Position numbers and translations under genes: made by a program. A stretch of 64,000 nucleotides of DNA from an uncultured Gammaproteobacteria bacterium (GTDB taxonomy: Bacteria > Pseudomonadota > Gammaproteobacteria > CAWCPV01). The notes beneath the pieces were generated by a model. The model saw nothing but the letters and a program-made list of their open reading frames with translations. It was not told the DNA's origin and ran no database searches. Positions 1 through 9,572 of this stretch are shown piece by piece (positions within the stretch are counted from its first letter, which is position 1; each line of letters starts with the position of its first letter). Location of the stretch: assembly GCA_963797555.1 (NCBI GenBank), contig CAWCPV010000004.1, positions 256,001-320,000 on the forward strand, given 5' to 3'.

Positions 1-1634
1 GGTCCGGATACGCGACGACGGTGGCGGTATCCATCCAGAGGACCTGGCTCTCGCGCTGAGCCGCCACGCGACCAGCAAGATCCGCAGTCCCGCTGACTTG
101 GAGCGTGTCGCCACCCTGGGGTTTCGGGGGGAAGCGTTGCCCAGCATGGCTAGCGTGGCGCGGCTCGATCTGGTGTCCCGCAGTGAGGAGACCGAGAGCG
201 CCTGGCGTGTGCGCGTCGACGGTGGAGCATTGGGCTCACCCACTCCCGCCCCGCATCCTCCCGGCACGACGGTCGAGGTCCGCGATCTCTTCTTCAACGT
301 CCCGGCGCGGCGTAAGTTCCTGCGGGCCGAGAGGACCGAGTACGCGCATGTGGAGGAGGTGGTCAGGCGTCTCTCCCTCAGCCGCTTCGACATCGCCTGG
401 ACGCTGCGCCGCGACGAGCGCCTCATCTATCGCATGCCGGCAGCCCAAGGCGAGAGCGCCCGAGCCGAGCGGTTGGGAACGCTGTACGGGGCCGCTTTCC
501 TGGAGCAGGCCCTGTCGCTGGACGCGGAGGAGGACGGACTGCGTGCTATGGGGTTGGGTGGCGCTGCCGGGGTTCTCCCGCGCCCAACCGGACATGCAGT
601 ACTTCTATGTGAACGGGCGCATGGTGCGAGACCGGCTGCTCGCGCATGCTGTGCGCCAGGCCTACCAGGACGTGCTGTACCACGGGCGCCACGCGGCATG
701 CACCCTGTATCTGGAGCTGCCTCGGGAAGCCGTGGACGTGAATGCGCACCCGGCCAAGCACGAAGTGAGGTTCCGGGAGTCGCAGCGCGTGCGCAGCCTG
801 GTGTTCCGCGCCGTGCAGCGCGTCCTGGCGGGGGCGCGTGCGGCTCCGCAACGACCCGCGGAATCTTCGCAGGCGCCCTTTCCCGATGCGCTTTGGACCT
901 TGCGCTCCGGGACGCCGGAACAAGCGCCCCTGGTCCTTGCGCATCGGCGTATGTGCGATGTACGGGCCGATGCTCTGGACGCCGACGCGACAGAGTCCCC
1001 GTGGCGGCGGGACGGAGTCCGGGAGCATTTGCCCGCCGCGGAGGAGTCTGCGCCACCCCTCGGCTATGCCCTGGGTCAGCTCCACGGCATTTACATTCTC
1101 GCGCAGAATACTACCGGGCTGGTGCTGGTGGACATGCACGCGGCTCACGAGCGGGTGACGTACGAACGCATGAAGACCGCCTGGGAGCGGCGCGGTATCC
1201 CGAGCCAGACTCTGCTGGTGCCGGTTACCGTTGAGGTGAGCCTCGCCGACGCGAGCCTGGCGGAGGAGCAGCAGGAGGCGTTCCGGGAGTTGGGGTTCGA
1301 CGTGGGCCGCATCGGTCCGGACCGTCTCGTGGTGAGACAGGTGCCGGGCCTGCTGGAGGTCGATGATGTCCCCGGGCTGGTGCGCGACGTGCTCGCCGAC
1401 CTGCGCCTGTACGGCGATAGCCGCCGGCTTCGCGAGCATATCAACGCCGTACTGGGGAACATCGCCTGCCATCAGGCGGTCCGCGCGCGCCGCCGACTGA
1501 CCGCCGATGAGATGAACGCCCTGCTCCGCGACATGGAGCACACGGAGCGCAGCGGGCAGTGCAACCACGGGCGTCCTACCTGGGCACAGCTCAGTCTCGC
1601 GGACCTGGACAAGCTCTTCCTGCGCGGCCGATGA
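1..1634 (+). CDS. mutL: DNA mismatch repair protein MutL (5'-partial; apparent +1 frameshift near 545)
   Basis: GHKL motifs DDGGGI, RHATSKI and LGFRGEAL in frame 2. Continues in frame 3 with VDVNAHPAKHEVRF, the endonuclease motif DMHAAHER and CNHGRPT. Confidence 0.95.
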
Positions 1635-1661
1635 CCCGGCACCGGCGCGCTTGGCGGCCGG

Positions 1662-1907
1662 TCACTGACGCGCCGGCACTAGGGCTATTTCGTCACCGGC
1701 GCGGACCGGTGTGCGTGTGTCGACGATGGCCCGGTTGCGCAGCACCTGGACGCGGCCTTCCGCGAGGGTCTCGCGCCACGGGCTTCCACGTTCTCTCAGC
1801 CAGGCTAACAAGCCGCTGAGGTCCTGTACCGTCTCCGGGGGCTGTGCCTCCTCGGAGGTGCGTCCGAGCGTTTCTGCCAACTGTGCGAAGTATAGGATCC
1901 TGACCAC
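1662..1907 (-). CDS. MoaD/ThiS-family ubiquitin-like protein lacking the C-terminal Gly-Gly
   Basis: Pattern ILYFAQLAE...GDEIALVP is MoaD-like; the protein ends in ARQ. Confidence 0.75.
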   Translation of the reverse strand: MVRILYFAQLAETLGRTSEEAQPPETVQDLSGLLAWLRERGSPWRETLAEGRVQVLRNRAIVDTRTPVRAGDEIALVPARQ

Positions 1908-2142
1908 GATTCGGTGCTCCGCCGGTGATTGCGCCGAGCCGCCCGCCGGTGCGGGAAGGACGCCCGGTGACTATCTTAAGCCGGCCGCGCCCCGCTGTAC
2001 TTGAAGAGACAGCCAGACGCTGCAGGCGTGCGCAGAGGAGCTGACGCGCCGCCTCCGGGCTATGCCCCGGGGTGCTGCCGGGAGTGCGGCGGCAGCATTA
2101 GATGGTCAACCACGGTATCGAGGGCCGCCCAACCGCTGCGGT

Positions 2143-2550
2143 TCACAGGGCGACATCGCTGAGCCTGTGCGGCCTCGCGGGGGTGACGCAAGGGCCCGAA
2201 AAACGGTAACCCTGCCGTAGGCAGTAACCGAGCCATCTCTCCAGAAAGCGGTTCTGCTCCCACTTGCTGTAGGGGGGCGAGGCGGTTGGTGCTTCGCGCA
2301 GTGCAGCCGCCTCGGCGAGACGCGCATCGTGGTATACGCGCACGAAGACGTTCGGCAGAGGGGTCATGGCTTCGCCATCGTCGAAGAAGTGCGTCAGGCG
2401 CAGCATGGTGGTGTACCGAAACCGGTGGAGTACCCTCAGGTACAACGGCGGGAGACCTTCCCCCGCGGCGTACGCCGTCTGCTCCGCCAAGTCCAGATTG
2501 GGGGTCAGCGTCCGCAGCCGCTGGTAATTGGTTTCGTAAATCTGCATCAA
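2143..2550 (-). CDS. DUF1249 (YqiB-like) protein
   Basis: YETNY, RYTT, VRVYHDARLAE and KW..NRFL..WL.YCL..G motifs. Confidence 0.85.
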   Translation of the reverse strand: MMQIYETNYQRLRTLTPNLDLAEQTAYAAGEGLPPLYLRVLHRFRYTTMLRLTHFFDDGEAMTPLPNVFVRVYHDARLAEAAALREAPTASPPYSKWEQNRFLERWLGYCLRQGYRFSGPCVTPARPHRLSDVAL

Positions 2551-2576
2551 CTCGGCGAAGCCGCGCTGCGGGACCG

Positions 2577-3155
2577 TTATCCAGACCAGGTGCGTACCCT
2601 CCCCACGTCGACGTGTATGAAGTCGGAGAGCGGATAGTACCCGACACCCCCGGCGTGCAGTGCGAGTGCGGCGCGATGCAGGTGGTCGAGGTCATGACCA
2701 GGCAAGCGGATGTCTACCGCCTCTCCCTGCATGTGCAGACTATGCTCCGCTACGGCCTGGCTGTGCTTGCGGAGCCAGGCGTTGGTGGCGGGCGACCGAT
2801 AGCCCGAGACGACGTGGAATGGCTTGCGCGCGCCCATCCGCCGCCGCAGCGCGCAGAGCACGTCGAGCAAACCGGGCTCGATGGGGTACACATCCCCAGT
2901 GCGGAAGTCGCGCAATAGGTGGTTCACGTCGGCGAGCGCCTCGGGCACGTACTCGCCGCGTTCCCAGAACACGGTCTTGAGGCTCTCGCCCGTGTGGGCG
3001 TTGTAAAGCGATAGCTTCTTCTCGCAGATAGGACGCGCCCTTCCGAACGCCGGCTGGGCGAGCAGCGCCACGGCTGCGGTAGCCCCCAGCTTGAGGAAGT
3101 GACGCCGGTTGACTGCGGTGTGTCTTACCGCCCTTACCAGTTTATTGTGTGTCAT
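2577..3155 (-). CDS. YcbK/DUF882 peptidase M15 family, Tat-exported
   Basis: NRRHFLK Tat motif; SGYRSPATN, SLHMQGEAVD and FIHVDVG. Confidence 0.9.
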   Translation of the reverse strand: MTHNKLVRAVRHTAVNRRHFLKLGATAAVALLAQPAFGRARPICEKKLSLYNAHTGESLKTVFWERGEYVPEALADVNHLLRDFRTGDVYPIEPGLLDVLCALRRRMGARKPFHVVSGYRSPATNAWLRKHSQAVAEHSLHMQGEAVDIRLPGHDLDHLHRAALALHAGGVGYYPLSDFIHVDVGRVRTWSG

Positions 3156-3287
3156 CGGCCTCCTCTCTTGTCATCCTTCGTTGCGCAGCCGCATTTTTAC
3201 TCGAAACGGCGCGCGGCTGCAAACGCGAATGCACGTCCGCAGGTCTGCACGCCGGAGGCGGGCGCAGGTAAGGCTCCTCGCATCCCC

Positions 3288-4058
3288 TTACGCCGGGAGG
3301 AATGCCTTGCCATGCGGGCCTTGCACGGTCACCAGAGGGTATCCGTACAGCCTCTGTAGCTGCGCGTCCGCCATCACTCGCTCGCGCGGACCGTGCAGGA
3401 CTTCCCCGTCACCCAGAAGCAGCAGCAGGCGGTCACAGTAACGCGCTGCCAGGTTGACGTTGTGCACCACCATCAACATGGCGCCTCCCCGGCGCAGCGT
3501 ATGGGCCTGAAGCAATGAGAGGACCTGGATCTGGTGCCGCAGGTCCAGGTGATTCGTGGGCTCGTCCAGCAGTGCCAGCAGGGGGTCTTGCACTAGCAGG
3601 GTGGCGACCGCAAGCCGCTGGCGTTCGCCTCCGGACAGGGTGGCTACCGGTCGTTCCGCCAGCGTGTCCAGCTCCAAGGCCCGCAGGGCCGCCAGAGCGC
3701 GCTCTGTGTCTTGCGACTCCTCCCATTGCCAGAAGTGCAGGTGAGGATGACGGCCGATGAGAGCCGTCTCCAAGACGGTGCTCGGGAAGGGGTCATCGAC
3801 CTGCTGGAACAGCACCCCCAGCACCCGCGCCACGCGCCGTCGAGGCAGTCGCGCGAGGTCGTCTCCCAGGAGGCGCACCGACCCGAAGCTCGGTGGCCGC
3901 AACCCCGCGAAAGTGTGCAGCAGCGTCGTCTTGCCCACCCCGTTACGACCGAGAATTCCCCAGCATTCGCCCGGAAACACTGCCAAGTCTAATCCTTGAC
4001 AGGCGCGGCAGCGGCCGACGCTCGCGCTCAGTCCGCAGGTCTCCAGTAGCGCCGTCAT
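3288..4058 (-). CDS. Cobalamin/iron-chelate ABC transporter ATP-binding protein
   Basis: GRNGVGKT, LSGGERQR and LLDEPTNHLD; its ATG overlaps the permease stop (ATGA). Confidence 0.9.
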   Translation of the reverse strand: MTALLETCGLSASVGRCRACQGLDLAVFPGECWGILGRNGVGKTTLLHTFAGLRPPSFGSVRLLGDDLARLPRRRVARVLGVLFQQVDDPFPSTVLETALIGRHPHLHFWQWEESQDTERALAALRALELDTLAERPVATLSGGERQRLAVATLLVQDPLLALLDEPTNHLDLRHQIQVLSLLQAHTLRRGGAMLMVVHNVNLAARYCDRLLLLLGDGEVLHGPRERVMADAQLQRLYGYPLVTVQGPHGKAFLPA

Positions 4059-5044
4059 CGGGTTCCCTTGTGGAGCACCAGCAGGAACAGTGGCACCCCC
4101 ACGGCGGCGGTGAGCACACCCACGGGAAGCTGCTGAGGGGCCAACAGCGATCGAGCGAGGGTATCCGCCAGCACCAGCAGAGTTCCTCCGAGCAGGCTGG
4201 CGGCGGGCAGCAGCAGGCGGTGGTCGCTGCCGGCGGCGAGGCGCCACAGATGAGGCACCACCAGTCCTACGAAGCCAACTGTCCCCGCCAGCGTGACCGC
4301 AGTTGCGGTGAGCAGGGACGCGACGAGGTAGATGCCCCAACGCAACGGTTGCACGGAGATACCGAGGGCAGCGGCCTGCAGTTCCCCGCGGGCGAGTACG
4401 TTGAGGTCGCCGGCGAAGGGCCAGGAGATGGCGAGTCCGAAGGCGGCCACCGCGAGACCGGGCCAAGGTGTTGCGCCGTGACTGAGGTCACCCATGAGCC
4501 AGAATAGCAAGCCGGGCAACGTCTGCGCAGGGCTGACGGCAAGAATGAAGTCTATTGCGGCGCTCCAGCCCGAGGCCATGATGACGCCTGTCAGGAGAAG
4601 CCGTGCGGTGTTCCAACTGCCGCGTCCGCGCGCCAGGTTGAACACCAGAAGCATCGCCGCCAGGGCGCCGGAAAAGGCACAGACGTCGAGGGTGGGATGA
4701 CCGAGGTGCGCCAGCATTGCGAGGAGCGCCGCAACGGCGGCGCCCCCGGAGATGCCCAACACGTAAGGGTCGGCCAGTGGGTTGCGCAGCAGCGTCTGCA
4801 TGAGTGCCCCCGCCAGGCCGAGCAGCGCGCCTACGGCGAAGGCGCTGGCGGCGCGCGGTAGCCTGAGGTCAAGGAGCACGGTGCGGGTGAGGCCGTCGGC
4901 CTCGCCATGCAGTACCTTCCAGAGCGCGGCCCAGCCAAGCCCTGCGCTGCCGAAGGTGAGGGCGCATAACAGGCTGAGCGGTGCCAGCAGCAGCAGCGCA
5001 GCCATCCACAGGCGAGGGCGCGACGTCACGCGGGGTGTTCGCAC
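4055..5044 (-). CDS. FecCD/BtuC-family ABC permease
   Basis: LRLPRA, LLRNPLADPYVLGISGGA and GFVGLVVPH. Confidence 0.92.
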   Translation of the reverse strand: MRTPRVTSRPRLWMAALLLLAPLSLLCALTFGSAGLGWAALWKVLHGEADGLTRTVLLDLRLPRAASAFAVGALLGLAGALMQTLLRNPLADPYVLGISGGAAVAALLAMLAHLGHPTLDVCAFSGALAAMLLVFNLARGRGSWNTARLLLTGVIMASGWSAAIDFILAVSPAQTLPGLLFWLMGDLSHGATPWPGLAVAAFGLAISWPFAGDLNVLARGELQAAALGISVQPLRWGIYLVASLLTATAVTLAGTVGFVGLVVPHLWRLAAGSDHRLLLPAASLLGGTLLVLADTLARSLLAPQQLPVGVLTAAVGVPLFLLVLHKGTR

Positions 5045-5131
5045 CTGCGTCCAGTCGGGCGCGGGGCATCCACCGTCAATCGCCTCAGGTCCGTCGGCGC
5101 CTTGACCGCCCTGGAACCGGCACCGGTCTGC

Positions 5132-5788
5132 TCAGGTGCGCAGACTGATCGTCCTCCACCCGTGATCGGCGGCATGGCGAGCGAGGGCTGCGTCGGGGTC
5201 CACTGCCACCGGATGGGCGACCCGATCGAGTAGGGGCAGGTCGTTGTGCGAGTCGCTGTAGAACCAACTGTCGCCCATCGGGACGCCGTACTCATGCGCC
5301 CATTCCTCCAAGCGCTGCACCTTGCCCTCACGATAGCAGGGTATCCCGATGACGCGGCCGGTATACCGCCCTTCCACCATCTCCGGCTCGGTGGCGAGCA
5401 AGTGCCTCACACCGTAAGCCTGGGCGATGGGAGCGGTGATGAATCGGTTGGTGGCGGTGATGATGAGGAGGGAGTCGCCGCGATCGCGGTGGCTCTGCAG
5501 CAGGGCGTGTGCCGCAGGCAACATGATGGGCAAGATGTTCTCTTCCATGAACCGGGCGCGCAGCACCTCCAGGGTCGGCGGGTCCAGCAGCGCAAGCGGG
5601 CGTAGCTGGAATGCGAGAAACTCGTGGATGTCCAGCGTTCCGGCCTGATACTGACGATAGAACCGCTCGTTTTCATGCTCGTAACGCTCGCGATCCACCA
5701 GACCTCGTCTCACCAAGAAGCGCCCCCACAAGTAGTCGCTGTCGCCGGCGAGCAGCGTGTTATCGAGGTCGAAGATGGCGAGACTCAA
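5132..5788 (-). CDS. HAD-IB family phosphatase (probable PA0335-type histidinol-phosphate phosphatase)
   Basis: DLDNTLL, ITAT and [11 protein letters not shown]; TTG start; divergent from rppH-ptsP as in Pseudomonas. Confidence 0.85.
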   Translation of the reverse strand: MSLAIFDLDNTLLAGDSDYLWGRFLVRRGLVDRERYEHENERFYRQYQAGTLDIHEFLAFQLRPLALLDPPTLEVLRARFMEENILPIMLPAAHALLQSHRDRGDSLLIITATNRFITAPIAQAYGVRHLLATEPEMVEGRYTGRVIGIPCYREGKVQRLEEWAHEYGVPMGDSWFYSDSHNDLPLLDRVAHPVAVDPDAALARHAADHGWRTISLRT

Positions 5789-5898
5789 GGGGGAACCCCG
5801 GGACCGGAGGGGCCAGCGCCCGCGGCGGAAGATCCTTGCCGTTGGCGGCAATCTTGTGGAACAATGCCTATCATTCAAGATCTTCCCGCCGTTTGCAA

Positions 5899-6405
5899 GT
5901 GATTGATTCGGACGGTTACCGGTTGAATGTCGGCATCGTGCTGAGCAGCCGCGCGGGCGAACTGCTGTGGGCCAGACGCATTGGACAAGATGCGTGGCAG
6001 TTCCCCCAGGGCGGCATTCGTCGCTCGGAGAACCCCGAGCAGGCACTTTACCGGGAATTGGAGGAGGAGGTCGGCCTCCAGCCGCAGCACGTGAAGCTGA
6101 TGGGGTGCACGCGCGGCTGGCTGCGCTACCGGCTGCCGAAGCGCCTCATTCGCTACGGGCGAAAGCCGCTATGCATCGGTCAGAAGCAACGCTGGTTCCT
6201 GCTGCAGCTCGTGGAGAGCGACCGGTATGTCCGCCTGGACCTCAGCGAGAAGCCGGAATTCGACTGCTGGCGGTGGGTGTCCTATTGGTATCCTCTGCAG
6301 GAGGTCGTAGCGTTCAAACGCAAGGTCTACGATCGCGCGCTGCACGAGCTTGCACCGCTGCTGTTCCCGGGGTCGGAAATCTCGGTGCCCGATCCGAACT
6401 CGTAG
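5899..6405 (+). CDS. rppH: RNA pyrophosphohydrolase
   Basis: [12 protein letters not shown], Nudix box WQFPQGG...RELEEEVG and GQKQ.WFLL; lies upstream of ptsP. Confidence 0.95.
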   Translation: MIDSDGYRLNVGIVLSSRAGELLWARRIGQDAWQFPQGGIRRSENPEQALYRELEEEVGLQPQHVKLMGCTRGWLRYRLPKRLIRYGRKPLCIGQKQRWFLLQLVESDRYVRLDLSEKPEFDCWRWVSYWYPLQEVVAFKRKVYDRALHELAPLLFPGSEISVPDPNS

Positions 6406-6429
6406 GTCGACCGCACCTCCCTAAGTCGC

Positions 6430-8694
6430 ATGTTAGACACGCTGCGCCGCATCGTCCAGGAGGTCCACTCCGCCCAGGACTTGGACCAAGCGCTGCGGAT
6501 CATCGTCAGCCGCGTGAAACGAGCGATGGCGGCAGACGTTTGCTCCGTCTATCTCATCGATCCCGCATCCCACGAGCACGTCCTGATGGCCAGCGACGGC
6601 CTCAACCCCGAAGCGGTGGGCAAGGTGCGTCTGGGGCGGCGTGAGGGGCTGGTCAGCATGGTGAGCGAGAGAGAGGAGCCCGTCAACCTCGACAACGCCG
6701 CAGAACACCCCCGCTATCACTACGTGGCGGGGAGCGGCGAGGAGCCGTTTCACGGCTTTCTGGGGGTTCCTATCATCCATCACCGCAAGGTGCTGGGTGT
6801 GCTCATCGTGCAACGCCGTGAACGCCGCAAGTTCAGCGAGGAGGAAGTGAGCTTCCTCGTGACGATAGCCGCTCAGCTCGCGGGGGCCATCGCCCACGCC
6901 GAGGCAGTCGGGGACATCGCAGGGTTTCGCCGGCCACATGCGCTGGGGGTACAGCCTCTTGCGGGACAGCCGGGAGGCTCCGGGGTAGCCATGGGGATGG
7001 CCGTGGTCTGTTATCCGCCAGCCGACTTGGACGCCATTCCCGACCGCCCGGCCACCGACGTGGAGGCGGAGGCCGCCGCCTTCCAGGCGGCTTTGGCGGC
7101 CGTTCAGGCAGATATTCGGGGGCTGCGCGATACTCTCGGACCGGCCCTCGGGGAAGAGGAGCGGCTGCTGCTCGATGCCTACCTGTTGATGCTGAAGGGC
7201 GGCAGCCTCGTCACCCGCACCCTGGAACGTATCCGGGCGGGCCAATGGGCGCAGGGCGCGCTGCGCGTCACCGTGGCCGAGCACGTGCAGGTGTTCGAGT
7301 CTATGTCGGACAGCTATCTGCGGGAGCGTGCCAGCGACGTGCGGGATTTGGGCAGGCGTCTGGTCCAGCGGCTGCAGAGCGGCCGTCCGGAGGTCCGCGA
7401 CTATCCCCCGGACACCATCCTGGTGGGTGAGGAGATAACGGCCACCATGCTGGCCGCGGTCCCGCGCGAGCGGCTGTGCGGCGTGGTGTCAGCCCGGGGA
7501 TCGCGAGCCTCCCATGTAGCCATTCTGGCGCGCGCACTGGGAGTCCCCGCGGTGATGGGGGCGGGCGACTTGCCCGTGAGCCGGGTGGATGGCAAGGAGA
7601 TGATCGTGGACGGCTACGTCGGGCGCGTCTACATCATGCCGCCGCCGACGGTGCGTGAGGAGTACCTGCGCCTCATCCGCGAGGATCGTGCCCTCTCCGA
7701 AGAGCTGAAGACGCTGCGCGACCTGCCGGCGGAGACCCCCGACGGCTACCGAATACCGATGCTGGTCAATACGGGGCTGTTGGCCGACCTGACTCCTGCG
7801 CTCAGCAGCGGGGCCGAGGGGATCGGGCTGTACCGCACGGAGTTTCCGTTCCTCATCCGCGACCGATTCCCCGGCGAGGAGGAGCAGTTCAAGGTCTACC
7901 GTCAGGCGCTCCAGGCGTTCGCACCGCGCCCCGTGACCCTGCGCACCCTGGACGTGGGCGGTGACAAGGCGCTGCCCTATTTCCCCATTTCGGAGGACAA
8001 CCCGTTCCTGGGTTGGCGCGGTATACGTATTACGCTGGACCATCCCGAGATCTTCCTCACCCAGCTGCGAGCCATGCTGCGGGCGAGCGCGGGGCTGAAC
8101 AACCTGCACTTGCTGCTTCCCATGGTGACTACCCTGGCGGAGGTGGACGACGCTTTAGGGCTCATCCGCCGGGCTTACCAAGAGATACGGGAGGAAGGCG
8201 CGGACATCGGCAGCCCCCCGGTGGGTGTGATGGTGGAGGTCCCCGCCTTGGTGTATCAGGCGGAGGCCCTCGCCCGTCGCGTGGATTTTCTGTCCATCGG
8301 AAGCAACGATCTGACCCAGTACCTGCTCGCAGTCGACCGCAACAACCCGCGCGTCGCAGCACTCTACGACTCGCTCCACCCCGCGGTGCTGAGGGCCATG
8401 ATGCAGGTCCTGGAAGGGGGGCACCGACAGAGCTGCCCGGTCAGCGTGTGTGGGGAAATTGCCGGGGACCCCACGGCTGCGGTACTCCTGCTAGGGATGG
8501 GCATGGACAGTCTGAGCACCAGTAGCGCCAACCTGCCGCGCATAAAGTGGGTGATCCGCACGATCCCCAGGGCACGCGCTTGCGCCCTGCTGGAGGAGGT
8601 GCTGGCACTCGAGGACGCCACCGCCATTCGCCGCCACGTCAACGCTGCCCTTGAGGAGGCGGGACTGGGAAGCCTGCTGCACGCCGGGCGCTGA
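6430..8694 (+). CDS. ptsP: PEP-protein phosphotransferase EI-Ntr (GAF domain)
   Basis: N-terminal GAF domain, SHVAILAR phospho-His, GIGLYRTEF and SIGSNDLTQY. Confidence 0.96.
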   Translation: MLDTLRRIVQEVHSAQDLDQALRIIVSRVKRAMAADVCSVYLIDPASHEHVLMASDGLNPEAVGKVRLGRREGLVSMVSEREEPVNLDNAAEHPRYHYVAGSGEEPFHGFLGVPIIHHRKVLGVLIVQRRERRKFSEEEVSFLVTIAAQLAGAIAHAEAVGDIAGFRRPHALGVQPLAGQPGGSGVAMGMAVVCYPPADLDAIPDRPATDVEAEAAAFQAALAAVQADIRGLRDTLGPALGEEERLLLDAYLLMLKGGSLVTRTLERIRAGQWAQGALRVTVAEHVQVFESMSDSYLRERASDVRDLGRRLVQRLQSGRPEVRDYPPDTILVGEEITATMLAAVPRERLCGVVSARGSRASHVAILARALGVPAVMGAGDLPVSRVDGKEMIVDGYVGRVYIMPPPTVREEYLRLIREDRALSEELKTLRDLPAETPDGYRIPMLVNTGLLADLTPALSSGAEGIGLYRTEFPFLIRDRFPGEEEQFKVYRQALQAFAPRPVTLRTLDVGGDKALPYFPISEDNPFLGWRGIRITLDHPEIFLTQLRAMLRASAGLNNLHLLLPMVTTLAEVDDALGLIRRAYQEIREEGADIGSPPVGVMVEVPALVYQAEALARRVDFLSIGSNDLTQYLLAVDRNNPRVAALYDSLHPAVLRAMMQVLEGGHRQSCPVSVCGEIAGDPTAAVLLLGMGMDSLSTSSANLPRIKWVIRTIPRARACALLEEVLALEDATAIRRHVNAALEEAGLGSLLHAGR

Positions 8695-8771
8695 CACCAC
8701 ACGCAATCCCTACCGCGAATTCCTGGCGCTCGCTACGCCGAGGCTGGCGGGGGTCGCAGGGCGAAGCAGGT

Positions 8772-9572
8772 TCACCGCCCCAGAGCGAGCCGGGCCGCCA
8801 GCCTCTCCGGGAGTCCCGCCTCACGGATGCGCCGCTGGGCTTCTGCCACAGCGTAGGCACAGCGCTTGAACCACAGCCTGCGGCGGTCTGCGTCCAGCAC
8901 CACGTACGAGGCCCTGGGATCCCCGTCCCGCGGTTGGCCGACACTTCCGGCGATCACCAGGCATCCGCCCTCTCCCAGGTGTACCGCTGCAGAGTGATCC
9001 AGCCCCGACAGGAAGTGGTGGCCTTGCTCTTGCTGTGAGTGGATAAAGGCCCCGTGCAGGTGGGAGTGCCCGGACAGGGCGAGGCGCGATCCGACCGCTT
9101 CGAGATTTTCCAGCAGGTTGTCCCATCCGAGGTATTCCCAGTGCTGTGGCTGCAAGGGGGCGCCATGGCTCAGGTACACAGTCTCGGTCACGTGGGTGTA
9201 CGGCAGTCCGGTCAGGTAGGACAGATTCTCCGGGCTGATGGTGTGGCGTGCGTACTCGATGGCCTGCGCGGCGTAACTGTTGAACCAACGCGTGGAGGTC
9301 CGTCCCAAAACGGCGTCGTCGTGGTTGCCCAGCAGGGCTACACTGCAGTGCGCCCGTACCAGGGTGCAGCACGCATTCACGTCGGGGCCGTAGCCGGCGA
9401 TATCCCCGAGGCAATACACCGCGGTGATCCCCTGGCCGGAGATGTCGGCGAGCACTGCCTCCAACGCTGGCTGGTTGCCGTGGATGTCGGAGATGACGGC
9501 GAGCTTCAAGGGAGGCGCCCGCGGGACGAGGCACTGCGCACGCCTAACATTTCCCAGTGCCTCGCGGCTCAC
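8772..9572 (-). CDS. Calcineurin-like metallophosphoesterase (start uncertain)
   Basis: SDIHGN, CLGD, GNHD, HG, GHSH and [15 protein letters not shown]. Confidence 0.88.
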   Translation of the reverse strand: MSREALGNVRRAQCLVPRAPPLKLAVISDIHGNQPALEAVLADISGQGITAVYCLGDIAGYGPDVNACCTLVRAHCSVALLGNHDDAVLGRTSTRWFNSYAAQAIEYARHTISPENLSYLTGLPYTHVTETVYLSHGAPLQPQHWEYLGWDNLLENLEAVGSRLALSGHSHLHGAFIHSQQEQGHHFLSGLDHSAAVHLGEGGCLVIAGSVGQPRDGDPRASYVVLDADRRRLWFKRCAYAVAEAQRRIREAGLPERLAARLALGR

